In this document: in pieces, positions 9,901 through 18,506 of the stretch
Numbering within the stretch: position 1 is the stretch's first letter
How the letters are laid out: the number at the start of each line of letters is the position of its first letter
DNA from: a bacterium
GTDB taxonomy: Bacteria; Bacteroidota; Ignavibacteria; Kapaibacteriales; UBA2268
Reading direction: 5' to 3'
DNA length: 64,000 bases
Assembly (NCBI GenBank): GCA_037127915.1
Contig: JBAXXL010000011.1
Coordinates: 17,480-81,479, forward strand
The notes under the pieces: model-generated
What the model saw: only the letters and a program-made list of their open reading frames with translations
Database searches by the model: none
What the model was told of the DNA's origin: nothing
Position numbers and translations under genes: made by a program

Positions 9901-11189
9901 TTTCCAAATTTCACATCCCACCCGGGTTCGCCGGCGTCAGTTGCCGATGCTTTTAGAATTTCCTTAACTTCTCTCGGCGTCAAACTTTTGTTATATGATA
10001 AGAGTAATGCCACACCGGCTGTTACGTGCGGTGCCGCGGCAGATGTTCCGCTAAAAGCGAAATAACCGTTGCCGGTTTTTATAGTTAAAACATTCTGTCC
10101 GGGTGCTACTATATCAAGAAACGACCCGTAATTACCGAATGAATATTTCCCGCCGCGTTCATTAGAACCGCCCACACATATAACTTTTTCATAATTTGAT
10201 GGGTAGTGGTACTCGTAATTGTTTATATTACCTGAAGATGCAATAATGACACATCCTTTGTTATAAGCGTAATTTATTGCATCACGAATAATTTTGCTTT
10301 CGTAATAATCTCCAAATGAACAATTTAGGACATTTGCACCATTATCTGCGGCATAAACAATTGCCGCCGCAATATCATCGGACTCACCAGTGCCTGCGGC
10401 GTTAAAGCACTTGGATGTCAAAATTCTACTATTATAGGCTATTCCTGCTATACCGGTTACGTTATTTGCTTTAGCGGCGATGATACCTGCTACCGGAGTT
10501 CCGTGATTACATTCATCTTCGGGTATTGGATCGCGTTCAATATTATCACCAAAGCTTGGTGTTAGCTCATCAACAAAATCGTAACCAATTACATCGTCGG
10601 CAAATCCATTACCATCTTCATCTATTCCGTTTAGATCGCCAAATACTCCGTTCCGCGCTTCGGTTGAGGACCAAGGTTCAAACTGTCCTGAATGGTTTAA
10701 ATCTTCTTTCTCGTTTATCCAAAGCTGACCTTTTAATTCAGGGTGCGCCCAATCAATTCCGGTATCAATAACACCAACAATTATTCCAAGACCGGTGGAT
10801 TTCGCCCACGCTTTTTTGGCGTTTATTTGCTCCAAAGCCCACTGACTTGTAAGCAATGAATCGTTTGTCTGCATATCTTTATCAATTTTATAAATATAAT
10901 TCGGTTCTATATACTCTATACCGGATACATTTTTAATTATTGATTGAACTTCAGCTTCGGATAGTTTATTAACCATTAGTAAATAATAATTTTCCAGAAA
11001 TTTGGTTTCTGTTGAAGATTTAAAACTATTGAAAATAGGCTTTACATTCAATCCGGACGATAACAATTGAGTTTTTTCTTTATTGGATTTCATTTTAATT
11101 ATATAGGAATTATATTCGGCAAAAGTTTCGATTTTGCCGAATATCAATATAATTATCATGAACAGAGTTGTTGAAATTAAACGATTCAT
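6927..11189 (-). CDS. Giant S8 subtilisin-like serine protease with FG-GAP/VCBS-like repeats and T9SS CTD
   Basis: Signal peptide. Asp-His-Ser triad in subtilisin order (VGVIDTGID, HGTPVAGII, SGTSAAAPHVTAG). Repeats of the form D.DGDG.DEI. Tail PGIYLYRVNG...KKFVIIE. Confidence 0.85.
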   Translation of the reverse strand: MNRLISTTLFMIIILIFGKIETFAEYNSYIIKMKSNKEKTQLLSSGLNVKPIFNSFKSSTETKFLENYYLLMVNKLSEAEVQSIIKNVSGIEYIEPNYIYKIDKDMQTNDSLLTSQWALEQINAKKAWAKSTGLGIIVGVIDTGIDWAHPELKGQLWINEKEDLNHSGQFEPWSSTEARNGVFGDLNGIDEDGNGFADDVIGYDFVDELTPSFGDNIERDPIPEDECNHGTPVAGIIAAKANNVTGIAGIAYNSRILTSKCFNAAGTGESDDIAAAIVYAADNGANVLNCSFGDYYESKIIRDAINYAYNKGCVIIASSGNINNYEYHYPSNYEKVICVGGSNERGGKYSFGNYGSFLDIVAPGQNVLTIKTGNGYFAFSGTSAAAPHVTAGVALLLSYNKSLTPREVKEILKASATDAGEPGWDVKFGNGILNCSAALDYVGKPLITITEPQNESVYNRDTINGIDVTGSVIHPLFDYYEVLAGAGKIPDKWVKISGDNKQILKGEIAFIDFSQLADTTILNDSTTKITKDTLFTIAIKVYLKNGLTTEHRKQINITSSEKQLKFLSLNQKNVYYNGRRVVLINSAFNKKCSFILKYKSSDSQIFENKTDYLTFDNIHQIMFMDELVSGKTYQAEAIAYDNVDTIRQNISFSLQDDNFNEDKFSYKYSINKRLYLINKTADLYGTGEKIVACNDINSLAFGNGELYALRDGKFELLEASNNQVWIPKDFGDINGNGKTEMLSVNYGITKVFENTYGSTIFDHPVFESNPEFSFWGEHLVDVDGDGRDEIIGTDSRKFFIYDPDLKIVTSETVLPEGVNTSLWVNSAIGNFDEDANKELAFANEYGMLFVYEINNGLVFEYSDTISKDMSSQDLEAGDFDGDGIDEIVHLRFGTQELNGLREKGDPIWICSLIKKENGKYTEKWKDYFYGVRQGTVRNLNATYRNGISVGDLSGDKIDDIIVSVFPNLYVFDFKKETQKCEPVWHYPSVLANTALVADLDGNGVNEIGFCGFNKTLFYEMNEAKQKPAAPMNLMSVTLSDSTALLYWGQSSDAQYYNVGEIRGDKVDIWNVPIYNDSIIVHKPTDLNSDCAVFTVVAMNDSYSENMSDFAVPREVCFYHPIDKMIIEKVISKPLELVIGFNGFLPHNSIESGKISLCDSLGNFIKLAESALLNSDTSLIASFNTTVPDGKYIVNVENFKDRYDTPTESFSALFNISNTTEIEEVFLTNLNVLQPTLIEVFFSDDLVKEDCEILDNYELKPFGSVTSAGLSPLNQKSVMLLLSNELRNNSARGVNYTITVKNIVSENGKKMTVGPGATLGFVFSEKSNFNAYVYPQPIKLSVDNKAIFGGLTKFAEIEIITMDGRIIANLTENDGNGGVEWDLRDLNGKILDPGIYLYRVNGTNTTAEVQYEEYKKFVIIE

Positions 11190-11225
11190 TTTGGGACTTA
11201 TAAATTTAACAAAACAATAACAATA

Positions 11226-12122
11226 TTACACAGCGGCGGTTAATGCAATAGATAAAAGCTTAGTATTTTCCGAATCCGCACGCGAAGTCAAAACTATAGG
11301 AGCAGCGGCACCAATTATACAAGCCGCGGCGCTTGCTCCGCATAGATAGCTGAATGTTTTGTAAATTACATTCGCCACTTCAATATTAGGAGCAAATAGT
11401 ATATCTGTATTTCCACATACTTCGCTTTCAATACCTTTATGATGAGCGGCTTCAGCTGAAACAGCCAAATCCATTGCTAAAGGTCCATCAATCAAACAAC
11501 CTTTGATTTGGCCTCTACGATTCATCATTGTTATTGCGGCGGCGTCCATTGTGTTTGGCATTTTAGGGTTTACCCCCTCAATAGCGGCTAATAAAGCAAC
11601 TTTCGGATTGTCAACACCCAAGCGGTGGAACATATTCACTGAATTCTGAATTATTTGCACCTTTTCTCCTAATTCAGGAAAAGTATTTTGCGCGGCATCG
11701 GTTAAAGCTATTACTTTATGATAATGCTCTAATTCGAAAAATCCGATATGGCTCAATAATGAACCGGTTCTTAATCCACATTCTTTATCCAAAACAGCTC
11801 TTAGGAAATCGGCGGTTTGGATTAAGCCTTTCATTAATATATGTGCATTTCCTTCGCGAACTAATTTTACTGCATATTTGGCAGATTTAATAGGCTCAGG
11901 TTCATTTATTACTTGCACTTTACTAATGTCGAACTCGATTTCATCAGCGTATTGCTTAATTTTCTCTACATCTCCTATTAACACAGCAGATACTATATCC
12001 GCGTTGACTGCGGCTGATATAGCTTGAAGTACTGCCAAATCTTCAGCCGCTGAAACAGCTATAGTTCTTTTGGGTTTACTTTGAGCGATTTCGATAAAAG
12101 TATTTAGTGTTTTTAGTTCCAT
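11226..12122 (-). CDS. ptb: Phosphate butyryl/acetyl-transferase (PTA_PTB family, Ptb-like)
   Basis: 298 aa. The N-terminus KPKRTIAVSAAEDLAVLQAISAAV...VLIGDVEKIK matches the Ptb pattern. No adjacent acyl kinase gene. Confidence 0.75.
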   Translation of the reverse strand: MELKTLNTFIEIAQSKPKRTIAVSAAEDLAVLQAISAAVNADIVSAVLIGDVEKIKQYADEIEFDISKVQVINEPEPIKSAKYAVKLVREGNAHILMKGLIQTADFLRAVLDKECGLRTGSLLSHIGFFELEHYHKVIALTDAAQNTFPELGEKVQIIQNSVNMFHRLGVDNPKVALLAAIEGVNPKMPNTMDAAAITMMNRRGQIKGCLIDGPLAMDLAVSAEAAHHKGIESEVCGNTDILFAPNIEVANVIYKTFSYLCGASAAACIIGAAAPIVLTSRADSENTKLLSIALTAAV

Positions 12123-12182
12123 TTGATTGTACCGAATAAATTGAAAAAAATAGAAATGTAAAATTATAAAAACCTTTTATAA

Positions 12183-12218
12183 TAAAAAAACGCTTGATAG
12201 GTTTAATCAAGCGTTTTA
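12183..12218 (-). terminator. Rho-independent terminator after the DUF1573 gene
   Basis: Stem acgcttgat / atcaagcgt with a 7-nt loop, flanked by an A-run on plus, which reads as a U-run on the minus transcript. Confidence 0.7.
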
Positions 12219-12238
12219 ATCAAATATTTTAAAGTTGT

Positions 12239-13123
12239 TTACTTTTTAACTGGTTTTTGTTGTACGGGAGCTGGCTTAACAGGTGCTTGCGGTGCTTCCA
12301 CTTTTAATGGTTTAGGAACTTGAGTTTGGCTTTGAACACCATCAGGTTTTGGAACTTGTGACTGTGGTTGTACACCATCAGGTTTTGGAGGCATTGGCGG
12401 ATTCCCATTAGTTGCGTTAATAATATCGTCAGCTGATTTAGCACGACCGCTACCATATATAAGGATTTTGTCAATATCAGGATTGCCCGATAACTTCATA
12501 GTTACTCTAGGATAAAAACTCTCTGTACGCTTTGGTACTACTTTACATTCTACTGTAACTGTTTCACCTGCTTTAATTACCATTCCTTTAACCAAATTCG
12601 TTGTCATATAATTAGGTTCAGTACCAATAGAATCTATAGTCATATCTTTGTCGCCGGTATTTTCTAAAGCAACTTTTGAAATTGCTTCTTTACCTTGCTC
12701 GCAATTAAAGAAATTAAGGTTTCTCGGATTCAATCTGTAACCGGTTACAACATTTGCTTTAAGTAAATAAACGTATTTCTCTGTTCCCGGTACGTTGGTT
12801 GTAAATGTCACATTTTTGGTTAATTTAGTATCGGTATCTTTGATATTCAATGTTAAATTCAAAACAGTTGAATCGCCCGGTGCTAATTCGTCTTTATCAA
12901 TCTTTGGTACGGTACAGCCGCATCCTGCAACAACTTTAGTAATTTTGAGTACTTCGTTGCCGGTATTATATAGTTTAATTTTTGCTTTTAGTGGTGAATC
13001 TTTTGGTTTTACAGTACCCCAATCAAATATTCTCCCGCCCTCGAAATCCAGTTTCGGTTGTGCTAATAATGCTAATGGCATGATTAATAAGCCCATCAGA
13101 ATGCTCAATCCAATTTTCTTCAT
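12239..13123 (-). CDS. DUF1573 domain protein with proline-rich repeat tail
   Basis: Signal peptide, the hallmark AGCGCTVP motif, and a C-terminal PKPDGVQ(P/S)Q(S/T)QV repeats. Confidence 0.7.
   Translation of the reverse strand: MKKIGLSILMGLLIMPLALLAQPKLDFEGGRIFDWGTVKPKDSPLKAKIKLYNTGNEVLKITKVVAGCGCTVPKIDKDELAPGDSTVLNLTLNIKDTDTKLTKNVTFTTNVPGTEKYVYLLKANVVTGYRLNPRNLNFFNCEQGKEAISKVALENTGDKDMTIDSIGTEPNYMTTNLVKGMVIKAGETVTVECKVVPKRTESFYPRVTMKLSGNPDIDKILIYGSGRAKSADDIINATNGNPPMPPKPDGVQPQSQVPKPDGVQSQTQVPKPLKVEAPQAPVKPAPVQQKPVKK
12315..12390 (-). repeat. About 2.2 copies of a 36-bp tandem repeat inside the DUF1573 CDS
   Basis: ggaacttgagtttggctttgaacaccatcaggtttt and ggaacttgtgactgtggttgtacaccatcaggtttt, encoding the PKPDGVQxQxQV units. 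Confidence 0.8.
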
Positions 13124-13236
13124 TTGAATTACCTCTAAATTTATAATTTTTTTAAAATATTTTTTTTGTTTGGTGTAACATTTCTTGCTTTAAAACGATT
13201 ATATATTGTAATTGTTTCATTACTAAACCAAAAATT

Positions 13237-13626
13237 ATGTATAAAAAGATTCTATTTCTAATGCTAATATTAAGTCTCTATTTCACTGCAATTTCGAAAG
13301 CTGATGATTGTGTTGGTTTCTTCGATAATATGTTCAAATTGACTTCTATAAGCGATATTAACACTAACACTTCGAAATTCGATAAAGAAGAAGTGATTAT
13401 CGAGGGCAAAGTTTCACGTGTTGTGAATTTATTTGACAAAATCCGCTTCTACGAAATATCGGACGGAAAAACCGACAAAGACAAAATCCATGTGATAACC
13501 GAAAAACCACTACCCGCAGAATACGAAACCATAACTATCCGCGGAACCGTTAAACAAGCTTTTAAAATCGGCGAATTTGAATTCGTGGTTATTCAAGAAA
13601 AATGCAGAAAAGAAAAGAAGAAATAA
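13237..13626 (+). CDS. Small secreted hypothetical protein
   Basis: 129-aa ORF with an N-terminal hydrophobic signal and a lysine-rich tail. No family recognised. Confidence 0.45.
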   Translation: MYKKILFLMLILSLYFTAISKADDCVGFFDNMFKLTSISDINTNTSKFDKEEVIIEGKVSRVVNLFDKIRFYEISDGKTDKDKIHVITEKPLPAEYETITIRGTVKQAFKIGEFEFVVIQEKCRKEKKK

Positions 13627-13706
13627 TGGTCAATGGTTAATTGTAAATTGTTAATGGGAAGAAACGGGTTTTCATTCCCAACTTGATTGGGAATCCATCT
13701 TCAATT

Positions 13707-13734
13707 AATTTTGAATTTTGGATTTTAAATTTTG
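13707..13734. repeat. Heptamer microsatellite (aattttg x3 plus one variant)
   Basis: aattttg aattttg gatttta aattttg, 13 nt after the hairpin attcccaa/ttgggaat (13674..13694). Confidence 0.8.
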
Positions 13735-14083
13735 AATGAGAAAAATAATGAGAAACCCCAAAATATCATTGAAAAATGGGGAGCACTTCGCAGTAGTTCA
13801 TATCGACTTCGCTCTGTGTGTATCGTCAATTCGAATACTAGCTAGGCGCGTTTTTTCATCCCGTAGGGATGCAATATTGATAGAAAATCAGTTAATCGGC
13901 GTTCGCGAAGTGCCTTTAGGCACGACATATATTTCTATTCTGTTCCTATGGCACTTCCAATAATAAACATTAACCTTTTCTACCAATATTTAGTGGCTAT
14001 GGCTCTTATTCCTTTTTTTTCCCAATCCCCGCCACTGATGGAGGAGTAAGGGGAAAATTAAAGAAATATAATATTTTTACAAT

Positions 14084-14458
14084 TTAAATGTCAATTTGAG
14101 GGATTTCAATATAGCTACCAGTTTTAAAACAGGAAATACATAGCGTAATCCCTGCTTCACCTAAACGTTTCATATCGGATGGTATGAATTCCATATTACA
14201 TTCATTATTATATTCATATAAAAACCAAAATGAAATATCATCTTTATTAACTCCGATTCTACTTAATTCTTCATATTTATTCTCTAAAATATCCAAAAAT
14301 TCATTAATAAAGTTATAATAAGGACTTTCATCATTACAAACAACTTCATATATCCAAGTTAGTCTGTTATTTTTAGGAACAATATTAAGAATTTTAGAAA
14401 CATTATTCAGATTGTTTTGATCAGATATTATTCTTATACTATAATAAGCAACAGCCAT
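14084..14458 (-). CDS. DUF4279-like small protein (orphan)
   Basis: 124 aa. The pattern YYSIRIISD...VSKILNIVP...W...INEFLDILENKYEEL...ISFWFLYEY...GITLCISCF follows the DUF4279 layout as I recall it. Confidence 0.45.
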   Translation of the reverse strand: MAVAYYSIRIISDQNNLNNVSKILNIVPKNNRLTWIYEVVCNDESPYYNFINEFLDILENKYEELSRIGVNKDDISFWFLYEYNNECNMEFIPSDMKRLGEAGITLCISCFKTGSYIEIPQIDI

Positions 14459-14698
14459 AAATACTCCTTTAATTTGAAATAAATTATTAAATATTCGCTC
14501 CAGTTACTCCCCTGCCTTCAATTGTTACATCTGATGGCATTACGGTATCGGTTCTCGTTCCTTCAATTTTCATTCATCACCTGCAAAATTGCAACATATA
14601 ATTGAATCCAAATCTAAATTAAATAAAACTTGCGAAATAGCCAAAAGCGCGGCACGTTTCCATCCTTAAATCTTCAAATCCTTTAATCCTAATTCTTA

Positions 14699-14730
14699 CG
14701 AAAAAAGGCGGACAGGTCGCGACCTGTCCC
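14699..14730 (-). terminator. Rho-independent terminator of the mmd operon
   Basis: Palindrome ggacaggtcg/cgacctgtcc (14710..14729), followed on the minus strand by gcctttttt. Confidence 0.8.
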
Positions 14731-14752
14731 TACAAATCAACTAGCCTATTGC

Positions 14753-15901
14753 CTATTGCAAGAATAGCAAGCTAAGCAAACACCCTGCGGCAACCGCGGA
14801 ACCGATAACACCGGCAACGTTTGGACCCATAGCGTGCTGAATTAGGTAATTCGACCTATCATATTTTTGACCCAATTTATGAGCAACTCGCGCGCTCGCC
14901 GGTACAGCTGAGACACCCGCGGCACCAATCATTGGATTTATCTTGTTCCCCTCTTTCAAAAACAGGTTCATGATTTTTGCAAATCCTACACCGCCGGCAG
15001 TGGCAGTCATAAACGCAAATGCTCCCATAAAGAATATTAATACGGAGTGCCATTTCAAGAATACATCTGCTTGTGTGGAAGCACCGACAGACATACCCAA
15101 AAGAATTGTTACAATATCAATCAACGGACGAGCCGCGGTTTCTGCAAGACGTTTAGTAACACCGGATTCTCGGAGGATATTTCCAAAAAATAGCAAACCT
15201 AATAGCGGTAAAGCTCCGGGTGTAATGAAGGCAGTAATTAGCAGTCCAACAACCGGAAACATAATCCTTTCTTTTTTTGAGACCGGTCTTGGTGGTTTCA
15301 TCTTAATTAAGCGTTCTTTCTTTGTAGTCATCAACCTGATTACCGGCGGCTGTACTACAGGAACCAATGCCATATACGAGTATGCCGAAATAGCTATTGC
15401 ACCCAATAATTCTGGAGCTAATTTCGTTGTTAGAAATATAGCCGTAGGTCCGTCTGCACCGCCTATTATACCAATTGATGCGGCTTGTTCAGGAGTAAAT
15501 CCAAACGCTAAGGCTAACCAAAATGTAGTAAATATACCCAATTGCGCGGCGGCACCCAATAGAATTAACTTCGGATTGGATATCATAGCTGAAAAATCGG
15601 TCATCGCTCCAATACCAAGGAAAATCAACGGCGGATAAATCCCTTTTATAACACCGTAGTAAAGATAGTTCAGCACACTACCTTCCTGATATAATCCGAT
15701 TTCTAAGTTTACTCCACCGGTAGTATAAAACGGTATATTCCCTATCAAAATACCAAAACCAATTGGGATTAATAATAAAGGTTCGAAGTCTTTTTTTATA
15801 GCTAAATAAATAGCTACTATTCCTACTAAAATCATCACCAAATTTCCGGTCGTCACATTGGCAAATCCGGTAAAAGCAATTAATTTTTCTAGATTTCCCA
15901 T
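14753..15901 (-). CDS. mmdB: Na+-translocating decarboxylase beta subunit (OadB/MmdB/GcdB family)
   Basis: 382-aa polytopic membrane protein with the family's Gly/Ala-rich helices (IIGGADGPT, GAAGVSAVP). Confidence 0.9.
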   Translation of the reverse strand: MGNLEKLIAFTGFANVTTGNLVMILVGIVAIYLAIKKDFEPLLLIPIGFGILIGNIPFYTTGGVNLEIGLYQEGSVLNYLYYGVIKGIYPPLIFLGIGAMTDFSAMISNPKLILLGAAAQLGIFTTFWLALAFGFTPEQAASIGIIGGADGPTAIFLTTKLAPELLGAIAISAYSYMALVPVVQPPVIRLMTTKKERLIKMKPPRPVSKKERIMFPVVGLLITAFITPGALPLLGLLFFGNILRESGVTKRLAETAARPLIDIVTILLGMSVGASTQADVFLKWHSVLIFFMGAFAFMTATAGGVGFAKIMNLFLKEGNKINPMIGAAGVSAVPASARVAHKLGQKYDRSNYLIQHAMGPNVAGVIGSAVAAGCLLSLLFLQ

Positions 15902-15902
15902 A

Positions 15903-16340
15903 TTAACCCTCTATTACTACTAGTACATCGCCTTCGAGTACAGTATCATTCGGTTTAACTTGGATTAATTTAATAGTACCGCTGATATCGGTGCGGATTT
16001 CGTTTTCCATTTTCATCGCTTCCATAATAAGCAGTACATCGCCGTTTTTGACTTTATCGCCAATATTCACATTGATACTAAGCACAACTCCCGGCAATGG
16101 GGATAATACTTTTCCAACTCCAACCGGTTGGTTAGGTTTAGATGTTTTTGGATTATCAGCAGGAGTATTTGATGGAGTACTTCTAACTAATATAGGTGTT
16201 TTAGCTTTTTGAGCAGCCATTTGTTTTATTTCAACACTATAGCTCGTACCATTAACCTCTAATTCTGCTATATTTTCTACTAGGCTTTTCAACTCTACAT
16301 GGTATTCATCACCATGAATAATAAAATCGAATTCTCTCAT
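15903..16340 (-). CDS. mmdC: Biotin carboxyl carrier subunit of the decarboxylase
   Basis: Biotinyl-lysine motif EAMKMENEI in a C-terminal lipoyl/biotinyl domain, with a Pro/Ala-rich linker. Confidence 0.85.
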   Translation of the reverse strand: MREFDFIIHGDEYHVELKSLVENIAELEVNGTSYSVEIKQMAAQKAKTPILVRSTPSNTPADNPKTSKPNQPVGVGKVLSPLPGVVLSINVNIGDKVKNGDVLLIMEAMKMENEIRTDISGTIKLIQVKPNDTVLEGDVLVVIEG

Positions 16341-16364
16341 ATTTTTATCACTTATAATTCTTAA

Positions 16365-16793
16365 TTAAAAAGGTCTTTTGGAAATATTATAAATTTTTGA
16401 ACTCCACGGCGAATATCTTCGCTCGATTTTTTCGATAGTAATTACTCCACTTTCGTCGTCGTGTGTATCTTCCATATGTAAGAATAAAGCCATGCAGATA
16501 GCCGCATGAATATCATTATTCATCGCTGTTTTCTCTTTAGGTTTTTTGGTAATACGTAATGGATTGAGCTTCCTAGCATCAAGAGCAAAAGAAATTCTGC
16601 CGGTCATTAGGAAAAACAATACAATTATGGTTAAAGCTATAAATACAATTAGAAATGAATACCCGGCAATCGACCATCCATCCATCTCACCTATTTTAGA
16701 AAAATCGAAAATGATTTTATGGAATTTATTCTTGTATTGTGCGGCTTGTGTTGTAACCATACCTAAGTAATAATATATTTGGATCATTGACAT
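16365..16793 (-). CDS. mmdD: OadG-like small membrane subunit of the decarboxylase
   Basis: Single TM helix, plus the C-terminal IHAAICMALFLH...HDDESGVITI...YSPWSSKIY motif typical of Bacteroidota-type OadG/MmdD. The start codon is uncertain. Confidence 0.6.
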   Translation of the reverse strand: MSMIQIYYYLGMVTTQAAQYKNKFHKIIFDFSKIGEMDGWSIAGYSFLIVFIALTIIVLFFLMTGRISFALDARKLNPLRITKKPKEKTAMNNDIHAAICMALFLHMEDTHDDESGVITIEKIERRYSPWSSKIYNISKRPF

Positions 16794-16808
16794 AGTAACT
16801 CTTCCTTT

Positions 16809-18368
16809 TTATAACGGTATATTAGCGTGTTTCTTCAATGGATTTGAATCTTTCTTAGTCACAAGCATTTCTAATGCTCTTATAATTCTGAATCTGGTAT
16901 TGCGTGGTTCAATCACATCGTCAATATAGCCAAATTTTGCCGCTACGTAAGGGTTAGCGAATTTTTCTCTGTATTCATTTTCCTTTTCATTAACGAATGA
17001 TTGCAAACCTTCAGCAGTTTTCATTTCTTCCATTTGTTTAGCATATAATACACCAATTGCACCCGATGGACCCATGACAGCGATTTCAGCATTAGGCCAA
17101 GCGTAGTTTATGTCCCCACGCAAATGTTTGGAACTCATCACGTCGTAAGCACCGCCATAAGCTTTTCTTAATATTATAGTTACTTTTGGAACAGTAGCTT
17201 CGCCATAAGCAAAAAGTAGTTTTGCTCCATGAATAATTATTCCACCGTATTCTTGATTTGTCCCCGGTAAAAATCCCGGAACATCAACCAAAGTAACTAA
17301 CGGAATATTAAACGCGTCGCACATACGAACAAAACGAGCACCTTTTCTGCTGGCGTTTATATCGAGCACACCAGCCAAGTAACTCGGTTGATTTGCTACG
17401 ATGCCGACGGGTTGACCGTTAAATTTTGCAAAACCCACAACTATATTTTTTGCATAGCTACGATGAACTTCAACAAATTCTTCGTTATCAACAATTTTAT
17501 AAATTACATCTTTTATATCATAAGGTTTATTAGGATTTTCAGGAACGATATAATTCAATTCATCATCGAATCTATCAATCGGGTCTTTGCAAGCATAGCG
17601 GGGTGGTTCTTCCAAGTTATTCTGTGGAAAGTAACTTAAAATCTTCCTAATTAGCATCAATCCTTCTTCTTCGTCCCCAACTGCGAAATGAGCCACACCC
17701 GATTTTGAAGCATGAATCATAGCTCCACCCAATTCTTCGGTGGTTACGTCTTCATTTGTAACTGTTTTAACAACTTTTGGACCGGTTACGAACATATAGC
17801 TTGTATGTTCACTCATTATTATAAGATCAGTTAAAGCTGGAGAATAAACAGCACCGCCGGCACAAGGTCCGAACACTGCGCTTATTTGTGGAATTACACC
17901 AGAAGCTAATATATTTCTTTCGAAAATCTCGGCATACCCGGCTAAACTTAAAACACCTTCTTGGATTCTGGCTCCGCCGGAATCATTGATACCAATTAAA
18001 GGAGCACCAACTTTCATAGCTTTATCCATAACCTTGCAGATTTTCTGAGCAAAGGTTTCCGAAAGCGAGCCGCCAAAGACAGTGAAATCTTGTGAGAAGA
18101 CAAAAACCAATCTGCCATCTATTGTACCATAACCGGTAATAACACCATCAGATAGAAACTCCTGAGATTCCAATCCAAAGTCAATACATCTGTGTGTAAC
18201 AAACATATCGAATTCTTCGAAACTGTTATCATCCAGAAGCTTCTCGATTCTTTCACGAGCTGTTAATTTACCTTTTTTATGTTGTGAGGCGATACGTTTT
18301 TCTCCGCCTCCTAAGCGAGCTAATTCCCGCTTTTCCTTTAATTCTTTTAGTCTATCCTCAATTGTCAT
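16809..18368 (-). CDS. mmdA: Methylmalonyl-CoA decarboxylase alpha subunit / acyl-CoA carboxyltransferase
   Basis: 519 aa. Carboxyltransferase N and C domains ([36 protein letters not shown]). Confidence 0.9.
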   Translation of the reverse strand: MTIEDRLKELKEKRELARLGGGEKRIASQHKKGKLTARERIEKLLDDNSFEEFDMFVTHRCIDFGLESQEFLSDGVITGYGTIDGRLVFVFSQDFTVFGGSLSETFAQKICKVMDKAMKVGAPLIGINDSGGARIQEGVLSLAGYAEIFERNILASGVIPQISAVFGPCAGGAVYSPALTDLIIMSEHTSYMFVTGPKVVKTVTNEDVTTEELGGAMIHASKSGVAHFAVGDEEEGLMLIRKILSYFPQNNLEEPPRYACKDPIDRFDDELNYIVPENPNKPYDIKDVIYKIVDNEEFVEVHRSYAKNIVVGFAKFNGQPVGIVANQPSYLAGVLDINASRKGARFVRMCDAFNIPLVTLVDVPGFLPGTNQEYGGIIIHGAKLLFAYGEATVPKVTIILRKAYGGAYDVMSSKHLRGDINYAWPNAEIAVMGPSGAIGVLYAKQMEEMKTAEGLQSFVNEKENEYREKFANPYVAAKFGYIDDVIEPRNTRFRIIRALEMLVTKKDSNPLKKHANIPL

Positions 18369-18412
18369 TTAGCACTCCAAAAAAAGCATTAAAATTGCAA
18401 AATTTAGAAAAT

Positions 18413-18420
18413 CAAAGATA
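18413..18420 (-). promoter_or_regulatory. Candidate -7 box (TAtcTTTG on the minus strand) for the mmd operon
   Basis: Plus strand reads caaagata, 45 nt upstream of the mmdA ATG. Confidence 0.3.
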
Positions 18421-18506
18421 CAAAGAAAAAATTATCTAAACTAATAAAAAGAACAAAATTTCACAAAATTAATCTAATTAAATTAATTTTCAATAAATCA
18501 AAAGTT

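Noticed and set aside
13736-13963. 75-aa plus-strand ORF in the hairpin-rich spacer
   Set aside because: The sequence (…FSSRRDAILIENQLIGVREVPLGTTYISILFLWHF) reads as a translation through the short palindromes (catcccgtagggatg, gtgcctttaggcac). There is no start context and no protein-like composition.
14487-14573. 28-codon mini-ORF upstream of the DUF4279-like gene
   Set aside because: It is too short, has no recognisable motif and is preceded directly by a stop codon. It is kept only as a note in the DUF4279 finding.
14943-15638. 231-aa ORF on the plus strand
   Set aside because: It lies entirely antisense to the well-supported decarboxylase beta-subunit gene. The product is low-complexity and Pro/Ala/Asn/Ile-rich with no motifs, which is typical of a shadow ORF opposite a Gly/Ala-rich membrane protein.
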